DNA of 64,000 nucleotides, from NCBI RefSeq assembly GCF_006345805.1, contig NC_043007.1, positions 19,778,001 through 19,842,000 of the forward strand, read 5' to 3'. The position numbers were made by a program, and so were the translations under genes. This stretch comes from Octopus sinensis (lineage: Eukaryota). Shown here piece by piece: positions 1 to 11,180 of this stretch (the first letter of the stretch is position 1; each line of letters opens with the position of its first letter). The notes beneath the pieces are model-generated. The model did not search any database, was not told where the DNA came from, and worked only from the letters and a program-made list of their open reading frames with translations.

Positions 1-229
1 TTGTGTGTTTGTCTTGTACTCGTTTTTTTTGTCGTGTTAAAAAAAAGTCCGTTTCCCTTGTTTTTGTTTTATGTTTTCGTTTCTCGTTGTGTTCTACGTT
101 TATTGTTGGTGTCCTTTACCCATATATGCATGTATATATACATATAGATTTATGTATGTACATATATGTATGTATGCATGCATATGTTTTATATTTATTA
201 AATAGTAATATATATTATATATATACATA

Positions 230-274
<45 letters not shown>

Positions 275-283
275 ACATAGTAC

Positions 284-323
<40 letters not shown>

Positions 324-349
324 CATATATATTTTTATACATACATACA

Positions 350-410
<61 letters not shown>

Positions 411-664
411 ATACATACATGCAAAAATGGGACAAGAACGAAAAACACTCAGACAGTTATGTGATACAAAAAAGGGACAACACACACACACACATATATG
501 TATGTAGGTATGTATGTATTATATATGTATTTATGTACGTGTGTGTGTGTGTGTGTGTGCGTGTGTTGTGTGTGTGTGTGACAGGAAGTGCAAAATACTG
601 AAATTAGGAAATGTTGATCTCAGACAAACACATGAAACACACCCACAATCGTTTCGACAAGCAG

Positions 665-712
665 CGTACCCCCTCGCGTACCCCTTGCGTACCCCTCGCG
701 TACCCCTCAGGT
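665..712. repeat. Short tandem repeat (cgtacccctcg)x4
   Basis: Four ~11-bp GC-rich units in the intron following the NPC2 exon at 781-956. Confidence 0.8.
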
Positions 713-780
713 ACCTCGAAGCAGGACCATCACGAACATTCTATGTCTCCCGTCGGGGAAGGAAACCTGGCTCTACTTAC

Positions 781-956
781 GTCTGGGTATGTGCTTGAAA
801 TTGGGATGACGGATTTGTAGGTGTACTTCTGGCCCTTCTTTAGGGGACAGGTGAGACCCTTGTCTTTACAGGCATCAGGCTGGCTGGTGGGGAAAGGAAC
901 ATGTATGCCAGCGATTATGCCATACACAGCATCTTTTACGGTTTGTACATCAGCAG
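781..956 (-). CDS. NPC2: NPC2-like (ML domain) internal exon, equivalent to human NPC2 exon 3
   Basis: Minus strand: acceptor cttctctttcag, donor gtaagt; 176 nt, phase 1-0. Translation (T)ADVQTVKDAVYGIIAGIHVPFPTSQPDACKDKGLTCPLKKGQKYTYKSVIPISSTYPD carries the NPC2 hallmarks VYGI-x-x-G-x-x-VPFP, PDAC, CPL-x-x-G-x-x-YTY and YP. Confidence 0.93.
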
Positions 957-1017
957 CTGAAAGAGAAGAAAAACAAACAGAAACGGGTTTTAGGTTTCAG
1001 ATGAGGCATGAAATGGA

Positions 1018-1053
<36 letters not shown>

Positions 1054-1670
1054 CGATAAAAATAACACCCTGATGCAGTATCAAGAAGTGGCTCTCGTGG
1101 CTTCTGATCTTAACTGATTGGAAGTGTTATCATGTACATTGTTTTGTCTTGGTATAAAGATGGGCTACAGCAATATTCTGCTCAATACCCAGATTTGCTT
1201 GTCATTTGTTTGACCATACCCAGTTGAGCACGTCCCTTAGTGGCTGACGATATGTGCATCTTTGATCACGAGCAGAAGTAGTGGGGGAGCATCATAGCCA
1301 TGTGTTGAGAGGAATTCTTTGGGGGTTTGGACAGTTCACCTCTAGAAACAGAGAAGTTTCGTTCAACATCCTTAATCAACCCTTATTCAGGGACCTTTTG
1401 AGCGGGATGGGTTACTCCACATGAAGAAAAATTCTAACCGGGCCCCACCTGGAAGGTCATGCGCTGTTTGTCATGGTGTGGAGTCGCCTTGTAGTAGTTC
1501 ACACGTGGTTGTGATGCATGTGCCTGGTGTACCCTTGTCGGATGAGTGGTTGTGATGGGTATACTGGGCTTCGTATATTTTAACCCAGCGTCACTTTGAT
1601 GGCATGCATTGCAATCTCACTCAATAGTAGTAGTAGTAGTAGTAGTAGTAGTATAGTAGTAGTAGTAGTA

Positions 1671-1747
<77 letters not shown>

Positions 1748-3185
1748 AATGGAAAAAACCTTAATATCGACAACTTCTGTGAATACCTATCCTTTCCTTT
1801 CTCCCTGAGTATTCTAAAATGTAAACATCCCTTTCATTACAAAACCACTACTGTATTCTCCAACTGGATAGACAAACGAACATCTCAAGAAAACTTTAAA
1901 ACTTTAATATATTAAATTTTGTATGAAACGTATCGCTGACTACCCAACTAGGTAAATATACCTTTTATTGTAACAACACAATTGAATTCAGAAATTCGAA
2001 AATTCAACGACGTGAATATCTGTATATATATATATAATTGTTTTCTCTAACAGTAATTACAAACAGAACAGGTTGAATTACTTCTTCTCAAGATCCAGGA
2101 CAGCGCTTTCAGTGGTCGCTAGTAGTAGTTAACACATTTAACCTCTGCTGACCCAAAGGATGCAAGATTCTTTTGTCTCTATGGCTGAGCTCCCCACCAG
2201 CTGCTGAATCTATTTATAGACCTGTAGAATTTGAACTATTCACCAAGGTGCTACTTCCCCCTCCCGAACTATTTCTTTTAACAACCACATATTTATGATT
2301 ATCTCAAGTACAAGACAAAAGTTGAAACTAAAGGACATTTAACAAAATCTTTTAATAATAAATGGAAATAGTAATAACGATAATAACAGTGGTAGTGGTA
2401 GTGATGGTGATAATGATAAAAATAAAAATAATGATAATATGCTGCAGATGTTAATACTACAAATACTACAACTACTACTACTACCTGAGGCCCAAAGAAT
2501 AATACCAGTGATATCAGTGATGATAATAATAATAATAATAATGAAAGGTGCAGGTGGAGTTTTCCCATGTCCTGATTAATGATACATCTAGTGATTGTGT
2601 CAAATAAAAACACTGGTAATGACGCAATCTGATAATCGCTACCTCATAGGAGTGACAATGAAAAAGCAGAATATTGTGCGATTACCTCTGCAAAAGAAAA
2701 ACAACAAATGTTTACACTAATAATAATTAAATATTTATATTCTATTAATTTTCTTCCTAGTTCCCCGAGTAAAGCCTTCAAATCCCATATGTAGGAATAA
2801 TTATCCCCCCTTACATAAACTGGCCTCCAGGAAACATTAAGGTTTATGAATTACTGGTAATTAGTTGTGCCCGTTGTATCATTCACGAGACAGTTTCTTT
2901 TCGTATTCTTCCAAATGTAGATTAAAACCAGCCTTTGACATCATCGGCAAAATGCTGCGAAGCTGAGACCACGTCGTTACGAAGAGAACTTCGCCAACAA
3001 ATAGCTGTAGTGCCTGTTTCGTTACTGCTTTTATTCTATGTCCTGATACAAAATATTGTCTTTCTTTTGTGTCAATTCTTTCATCTTTTATAGAAAACAT
3101 TGTTAAAAATTGAATAAAAGATGATTTTCGGTTGCATACATAAATCAAATGAAAGAGAATGAATATTTGATAGAAGGTCTCTTAC

Positions 3186-3293
3186 TTGCTGTGAAGTCAA
3201 CCTCGATAGAGACGTTGGTATTTTTCTTCAAAATACAAGGCGACTTAGTACAATCACTGATCCTCACATCAGTCGGTGTTCCAAGATCGGCAG
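3186..3293 (-). CDS. NPC2: NPC2-like (ML domain) internal exon, equivalent to human NPC2 exon 2
   Basis: Minus strand: acceptor aaatttttcag, donor gtaag; 108 nt, phase 1-1. Translation (x)ADLGTPTDVRISDCTKSPCILKKNTNVSIEVDFTA matches the NPC2 pattern V-x-V/I-x-x-C-x3-PC-x-L-x-K-x4-S/T-I/V-x-V-x-F and contains an N-V-S glycosylation sequon. Splices in frame to the 781-956 exon (A+CT=Thr). Missed by the ORF track because it is <60 aa. Confidence 0.9.
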
Positions 3294-3623
3294 CTGAAAA
3301 ATTTAGGTGTTTACGTAATTAATTTCGTTAAAAGACAAAAAGAAGAAAATATATAAAAAAATTCCTGTCTGAAACGAATGTAAATTACTTGAATGAAAAA
3401 TGATTTTGCGTGGTTTTCTTTTATTCTTTTACTTGTTTCGGTAATTTGACTGCGGCCGTGCTGGAGCATCACCTTTAGTCGAAGAAATCGGCCCCAAGAC
3501 TTATTGCTTGTAAGCCTAATACTTATTCTATCTGTCTCTTTAGCCGAACGCTAAGTTATGGAGACGCAAACACAGCAACATCGGTTGTCATGCGATAGTG
3601 GGGAACAAACGCAGTCACACAAA

Positions 3624-3687
<64 letters not shown>

Positions 3688-4790
3688 CGACGGGCTTCTT
3701 TCAGTCTCCGTCTACCAAATTCACTCACAAGGCTTTGGTCAGCCCGTGGCTATAGTAGAAGACACTTGTCCAAGATGCCACGCAGTGGGACTGAACCCGC
3801 GTAGGAAGCGAGTTTCTTACCACAGAGCTACGTTTACATTTATGTATGTATATATATATATAAATATATATAAATTTCAAGTATAATATATATAATATAT
3901 ATATTATATAATATATAGTTAAATTATAGAAAAAGAAAAGACAAAGACAGGTGTATAAACAACGAGCAAGTCTATTAGTTTGACACTAGGGAAAATGAAA
4001 ACGTCTTTTACGTTTCAAGCCTACGCTCTTCAAAAGAAAAGAATAAGAGAAAATAAGCAGTCCAGACGGGCTTCTTTCACATTCCGTCTACCAAATCCAT
4101 TCACAAGGCTTTGGATCAACCCGAGACTATAGTAGAAGACACTTGCCCAAGGTGCCTCGCTGTAGGACTGAACCCGGTACCATGTGGTTGAGAAGCAAGG
4201 TTCTTACTACACACCCACGCCTGTGTTTGTTTATTTATGTTTGAACTCACTGCGTTTACCCCTTTTATTTCACTTGTTTGTCGAAGGCTCCGAAAGTGGG
4301 TCATGGCTACTTGCCTTTCTCTTCTGTCCAGCCGATAAAACAACAATGATTTTTTTATCACTTTAACAAATACGTCTTCCTTTTATCTTAGAAGATAAAA
4401 CTATGATTTCTTTAAAAGGGATATTTAATTAGTGTTTCTTGTAGGGAGGGTAGGCGAACGTGTAGCTCAGGCGACATTAAACTTGTTTGATTCAAGATCC
4501 GATGTTTTAGAGCTGCGAGACATGAACAAAAGTTACAGCACACATTTTGGTGCCCCTTGTAGTAGTTTTAACACAAATTTCTTTCTCATTTTTCAGTCAT
4601 TGGGCTGTGGCCATGGTGGGACACCACCTTGAAGAATTAATAGTCGCATGAATCGACCGCGGTGCTTGATTTTATTAACTCGGGTATTTTTTCTCGGTCT
4701 CTTTTGCCGAACCGCTATGTTATGGGGACATAAACACACCAACACCGGTTGTCAATTGGTAGTGGGGGACAAAGACAGAAACGCACACAC

Positions 4791-4827
<37 letters not shown>

Positions 4828-4968
4828 TATACGATGGGCTTCTTTCAGTTTCCGTCTGCTTAATCCACTCACAAGACATTGGTTGACTCGAAGATATAGT
4901 AGAAAACACTTGCCCAAATGCTACGCAGTGGAACTGTTTATCCCTTTAACATCAACTACAATGGGCTA

Positions 4969-5479
4969 TGGAGTAAAGATTGTTTGCCAAAATAACATGG
5001 CAGTCCTGGTTTAGGACGAATGTTGCTGTAATTTGAACCCAGGAGACATCGTCTCCAGCTGGCTAGACGACACGATCTGTGTCTTTATATTTACGAACAA
5101 GGGAATCCAGCACCCCCACTCAGTTAGCTCAAAACAATATCTGTGTATCATTGTGAGATTTAAAAATAGTGATTTTCTAATTTATAGGTCAGTGACTAGT
5201 TGTCACTTTGAAAACTATATATTTCGAATGGGTATTTGGCAGCGCCACCTTTAGCCGAACAATTATTCTGTGCTGATGAAGGGAAATTACCCGGAAATCG
5301 AGATACACAGATATTGTTTTGAGCTGAGTGGGGATGCTAGATTCCCTTGTTCGAAAAATATAAGGACACAGATCATGTCGTATAGCCAGTTGGAGACGAT
5401 GTCTCCTGGGGCTAAATTACAGCAACATTCGTCCTAAACCAGGACTGTCATGTTATGTTGGCAAAAGTCTTTACTCCAA
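4969..5479. repeat. Inverted repeat pair (~180-bp arms, ~150-bp spacer)
   Basis: 4969-5149 and 5302-5479 are reverse complements with scattered mismatches; a diverged single copy lies at about 38760-38900. Confidence 0.85.
5267..5311 (+). ncRNA. Minimal type I hammerhead-ribozyme-like motif
   Basis: TCTGTG-CTGATGA-A-GGG-AAATTA-CCC-G-GAAA-T-CGAG-A-TA-CACAGA: 6-bp stem I, intact CUGAUGA and GAAA, 3-bp stem II, short stem III, AUA cleavage triplet. Activity unknown. Confidence 0.55.
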
Positions 5480-6729
5480 AGTACTGTTGTTGAATATCTC
5501 TCGTTGTGAGATTTACAAATAGTAATTTTCTACAATGGACTACTTCCTCTCTTATTTATATATTTATTTTTTTCAATTTTTATCAAAGAAGACATACAGC
5601 TCTTTATATTTTGGTTACAAATCTTGTCGAAGTTAACATTGCTTTTCATCTTTCGGGACGTGCTGCCTATAAAACTATTGAGAAAAATTAGGGGTAATTC
5701 TGGTTGTAGTTGTTGACTGAACAACAAACGCATTCCATTAATTTTTCTTCTTTAGGGTGTGATTTGGTAGGGGGTTGCCTGTTATTTCTAGTGGGGTGAA
5801 TGATCACGTGGGACACCTACGATTGGCCATAGAAGTTTCTATAATAAGTGTTTTAAATTTAGTCACAAGGCCAAAGTGGGTCAAACGGTCAAAAATGGGG
5901 CCATACGAAATATTTTAGTGCGACACAGCGACAGTTGTCAACCTTTGAAAAAGCTGTATGCTCATTGATCACGAGTTTTTTCAGGGTCAACCTATTTTTT
6001 TTCTTCTTTATACACTTTTTTTTACACAAAATATTTAACGACATATAAGGTGCAGTATTTTTCCTCGAAAAATGTAATCTAGTATCAGGAATCGGGTTAC
6101 CGCAATGCCGCACTTCGAAAACCGGTCAACCACAACAGAGGTGTGTCCTAAAGGCTGCTGTGACTTAAAAGCTGTCAAATATGCTAATAGCTGTGTGGTG
6201 GTAAGTTTCCGTCTCACCCTTATGGTTCTTCTGGGTTCACTCCCGCTGCATGATCCCTTTGTCAAATGTCTTCTAATCTAGCCTCGGACCAGCAAAAGCG
6301 CTGTGAGTGGATCTGGTAGACGGAAACTGAAAGAAGTCCGTCGTTTATTTGTGAGTGTGTGTGTGTGGTGTTGTGGTGTGGTGTGTGTGGTGTGTTGTGT
6401 GTGTGGTGTGTGTTTTGTGTGTGTGTGTGTGTTGTGGTTTGTGTGTGTGTGTGGTGTGTGTGTGTGTGTGGGTGTACATGAAAGAATGGACAAAGGAAAG
6501 AAAAGGGCACTCAACACAATTAGAAGGAGTTCCATGTATTATTGAAAATTGTTTAATTCGGTTCTGAACGACTTAAAGTTTTGAAGGCCTCTTACAGAAG
6601 ACCGTCTCTTTCAGAAGACCGTTTTAGATTACCGAGCGGAGAGATAGAAGAAGCCTAAGACTGCTACCGAAAGATAGACTGGTATTGGTTGAGATGGGTC
6701 ACATGTTGCTGTCAAGAAATATCACTTTC

Positions 6730-6829
6730 NNNNNNNNNNNNNNNNNNNNNNNNNNNNNNNNNNNNNNNNNNNNNNNNNNNNNNNNNNNNNNNNNNNNNNN
6801 NNNNNNNNNNNNNNNNNNNNNNNNNNNNN
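6730..6829. other. Assembly gap (100 N)
   Basis: Run of exactly 100 N, typical of a placeholder gap of unknown true size; it could hide NPC2 exon 1. Confidence 1.
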
Positions 6830-7035
6830 TTTGTGTTCTGATTCTCGACCCAATGTCGAATTTATCGATTTTTTTCAGAACTGGGGGAACTTTTCAAAAT
6901 TTTCCCTTCGTTAGTTTTGAATTATGACATTGGGCTATGTGTGTGTCAAGTTTCATCAGAATCGGTGGAAAGCCGTGGTGAGGGTGAGGGTACAAGCAAA
7001 CAGACACACAGAAAACGCACAGACAAAAACTGCCG

Positions 7036-7080
<45 letters not shown>
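6830..7080 (+). mobile_element. 3' end of a Helitron-like (HINE-type) element, cut by the gap
   Basis: aagtttcatcagaatcggtgg...aaacagacacacag...cagac followed by (TA)n; same terminal layout as 40890-40978. Confidence 0.5.
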
Positions 7081-7088
<8 letters not shown>

Positions 7089-8023
7089 ATGTTGCGAGTT
7101 GAGGATAATCTGTCATTTCGTCCCTTTTTTTACAATGGTGCGAACCCTACAAAATAACCTTATTGCTATTGAGATTCCGAAAAGGTGTAGAATTTAAACT
7201 CTGAGCACAAAGGGACAGAGCCTATGCCACAAGTCACCCTGTCTGATGCTCTTTCATCAATCCATTGCTCTGGGCTGATACTTTATTTATCGACCCCGAG
7301 AGGACAATGGCAAATCTGACCCCGTCATAATTTGAAATTGAATAGCAAAGCTGGAACAAGTACCAGGGGACGATCTATCTAATACCCTAAAGATTCTGCC
7401 AGTTCGCCACTTGAGGTCAGCTCACTCGCGAATGCTATTGTTAACGTGTAACCATGTACAATTTGGTGTATAGGATCGAATCGTCGGTGAATGAACCGAC
7501 ACCCGCTAGCCTGGCGATAAGGGTGGCTAGAAACCCACCCGAACAAAACAAGATCTGTCAAAAGGTCAGATGGACGTTAGTGCAAAGAGACATAGAATTG
7601 TTTGGACATAGTGACTGAGGGTACTATTCTATCGGTCTATTTTGCTGAACTGCTAAGCAACTGGGAGGGATAAGTTTTCTGCTCTTTAACTGTATAGAAA
7701 GGAACATGTATAGGCCAGGATCATTCCGGATTATAGATCTGACAGATGAAGCCAGTTTAATCCTGGCTCTCCAACCATTTGTAATAGCCAATTATATTTG
7801 ATTTTCTCTTAGTGGTTTTGCATGTGGCCTACAGATGTAGTTTTGTACTGAGTAAGTTATGTTTTCTTTTAACGAAGAATATCTCAAATCTTATCCGTGG
7901 ATACACATAGTTGGCCCATCATACTGTTTTGAACTATTTGTAAATTATTTGATATTTTTGGGGCATTATATTCAGCTCGGCTAAAAAGTTATTTCCATTA
8001 TGCAACTCTTTGGCGAGTAATGA

Positions 8024-8056
<33 letters not shown>

Positions 8057-8310
8057 ACAGAAGAAATGTTAGGCCTTTTCTTTGGCATGCCGGTTCCTAC
8101 ACAACACTACAGCAGCGAGAAATGAAGTGTTTTGCTCAAGAATACAACATGCTGCCCCGTCTGAGAATCGAACCGACGGTCGGGTGATCGTGAGTACAAC
8201 ACACTAGCCAGTAGGACATGCGCCTGTGATACTACTTTAAAAGCAATCACATAGTTTTATTTATGCAATTGACATTGCCGAATTTTGCCCTTCAATCTTT
8301 AAACACTTAC

Positions 8311-8397
8311 TACGCAAACGATATCATAATTAATGGGAATTCTAATGAAAGCTTTCTTATTGACGAATTTCGCCTGGATCAAGATATTCAGCTTCAT
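8311..8397 (-). CDS. Candidate orphan exon (possibly ML-domain C-terminal strands)
   Basis: Acceptor tttacatctacag and donor gtaagt bound 87 nt. Frame 0 reads MKLNILIQAKFVNKKAFIRIPINYDIVCV, loosely like NPC2 exon 4 (phase-0 start, KL-x-hydrophobic, late Cys). An alternative frame gives (D)EAEYLDPGEIRQ*. No partner exons were identified. Confidence 0.35.
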
Positions 8398-8498
8398 CTG
8401 TAGATGTAAACATAGGATCGTGTGATTGTGCAGAAATACAGGAACGTGTAGCTTTATAGGTTTTAGATCTATGAAGTGTTGAATTTACCTGAACGGAC

Positions 8499-8570
8499 GG
8501 CGGACTCTATAGAGACGACGTGTTAGCTATATTCGAATATAGCTAACACGTCGTCTCTATAGAGTCCGCC
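8499..8570. repeat. Perfect 72-bp palindrome with no spacer
   Basis: ggcggactctatagagacgacgtgttagctatattc|gaatatagctaacacgtcgtctctatagagtccgcc; checked base by base. Confidence 0.97.
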
Positions 8571-10676
8571 ACAACACCAGTGGACACGCGTCAGTCAACT
8601 TGAGGAAAGGTATTATTAGTTACGCGTTCAGTACTTCCGACCCCAAAATAATGGTTGCTACAAAATAAACTTCAGTTATTAATGTCTTAATTAAATATTT
8701 CAGGAAACCTAATAAAAAAACCCTACATTTGCATAACTTTTTGTCTTTTACTTGTTTCGGTCATTAGATTGTGGCCATGCTGGGACACATCACTGAAGAA
8801 TTTTAGTCGAACGAATCGACCCCAATGTTTATGCTCTTTTAAAGCTTGGCATTTTATCGGTATCTTTTGCCGAACTGCTAAAGTACGGAGTTGTAAATAC
8901 AACAACACCGGCCGTCAAGCGATGGCGGGGGACGAACACAGGCACAAAGACACACACACACACACACGACGGGCTTCTTTTAGTTTCCGTCTAGCAAATT
9001 CACTCACATGGCTTTGACTGGCCCGAGGCTATAGTAGAAGACATGTCCAAGGTGCCACGCAGTGGGATTGAACCTGGAACCAGGACACTATGTATAATAT
9101 AAGAAGAAAGGTTCGCATTTTATCCTCAAATAAAGAAACTTGGTAAGGCTTCCTCCTTGGGTCATCTATACCTTACAATTCAGTAGATTGAAAGAAAAAG
9201 GTCAGCCTCTGCCTCTAACCTTCACTTCCAGGTAAGGTCCACACATTTTTTAATGCTAAACTTAATATCCAGTTGACGGAAACTGCGTGGAAGCCCTTTA
9301 GTTGGATTATATCTGCAATTCCAAGGAGCCGCCTTATCACAGAATGCTTCACGTGAGGATTTCATTAAATCTACAAGTGTTTGTAGATTACTCAGCAAAT
9401 TACACGTTTATTGTACAAATACTAATTGCTGGTAGTGACACCGTATTTCGCTATGCAGCGGTGTTATATTACTAAGTATAGTAAAGGCTATATAAGTCAA
9501 TGCTGTATCCTTCCGTGTTAGCAGTGCGAATCAGTAAATTTCTAAAATTATCCCTAGAGCGTTTCCTACAGATTTTTAATAGAAATTAGAGTACATTCGC
9601 ATACGAATCGTTGTAACTTTCAGCGGTGGCTCGAATTGTTATTGAAAATCTGCAGAAATGATTTTAAATAGTTCAGTTGATGGAACAATTTTAATATTCA
9701 TCGTCGAAATCAACGAAGGTCCATTTTCCTTTTATATGTTGGTATATAAAATTTGGTGAAAGTTCTTCTCTGTAGAAAGGGCGTGGTACACGTGCGAGTG
9801 CGTGTGCATAGACTGTGCATGTAAGTGTGTGTGTGTGTGTGAAAGTGATTGTGTGTGTGTGTGTGTGTGTATGTGTGAAAGTGAGTGTCTGTGTGGGGGA
9901 GTTGGGTTAGGTGCGTGTGTATGTGAGTATGGGTGAGTGTATGTGATTATGTGTATACATATATTTAAGTGTGTGTGTGTGCACGTATGTGTGTGTGTAT
10001 GCATATGTTTGAGTGTATGTGTGTGTGTGAGTGTGACGATCTGGTATGTAAGGTGGGGTGCGGCGTGGTGGGGGTAAATGTATGTTTTAGAGTGAGAATG
10101 TGTGTGTATGTATGTATGCATGTGTGTGTATATATGTATGCATGCATGTTTGTATTATGTGTGTGTATGCATGTATGTATGTATGTTTGTATGTATGCAT
10201 GTCTGTACGCGTGAAAGTGTGTGTGGTGTGTGTGTGTGTGTGTGTGTGTGTGTGCATGAGGAAGGTGAACGAGTTAAGATAAATATTTGATGCAATTACC
10301 AAGGAATAAATATTTTATCAGTTGCAATAGGAAACCCAACACACGGCTCGACGCGTGTCCACGCCATAATCTGATGCACACGAACACAGCAAAAATATGT
10401 ATCGCAGCCGAACGAGGAAAGCCGAGCCAGACACACACACACACACAAACCCAAATACTTATCAAACACAAACACCACCTCCTCCTCCTTTTCTTCTTCT
10501 TCTTCCTCCTTTTCTTCCTCCTTCTGCTCCTCCTCCTGCTCTTCCTCCTCCCCCCTTTTCTTCTTCTTCTTCCTCCCCTCCTCCTCATCCCTCCTCCTTT
10601 TCTTCTTCCTCCTCCTCCCCCTCCTTCTTTTCTTCTTCTTCCCCTCCTCCTCCTTCAATCCCCTCGTCTTCTTTCT

Positions 10677-10727
<51 letters not shown>

Positions 10728-10733
10728 TCTGAC

Positions 10734-11180
10734 GTGTATTTGAGTGTGATGACTGAGTATAAGGTATTGAGTATGAGGTGTTGACTATGATGTGTTGAGT
10801 ATGACGTGTTGAGTATGAGGTGTTGAATGTAGTATGGTGAGTGTAATGTGTTGAGTGTGAGGTGTTGAGTGTGATGTGTTGAATGTGATGTGTTAAGTGT
10901 GATGTGTTGAGTGTGGTATGTTGAGTGTGATGTGTTGAGTCTGATGTGTTGAATGGGGCGTGTTGAGTGTAGTGTGTTGAGTGTGAGGAGTTGAGTGTTA
11001 CGTGTTGAATGTAGTGTTGAGTGTGGTGTGTTGAATGTGGTGTGTTGAGTGTCATGTGTTGAGTGGTGTGTTGAGTGTGGGGTATTGAGTGTAGTGTTTT
11101 GAGTGTGGTGTGTTGAGTGTGAGGAGTTGAGTGTTAGGTGTTAAGTGTGGTGTGTTGAATGTGATGTGGTGAGTGTGGTG
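10734..11180. repeat. Minisatellite, ~14-bp unit (gtgttgagtgtgRt), about 30 diverged copies
   Basis: Directly visible periodicity; explains the His/Thr-rich ORF 10585..11055. Confidence 0.9.

Noticed and set aside
6096-6130. Possible NPC2 exon 1 ending ...RHC G|gtaacc; also FRIC S|gtgagt near 24957
   Set aside because: The first has in-frame stops just upstream; the second lacks an upstream signal-peptide frame.
10585-11055. His/Thr-rich 156-aa ORF
   Set aside because: Translation of the 14-bp minisatellite.
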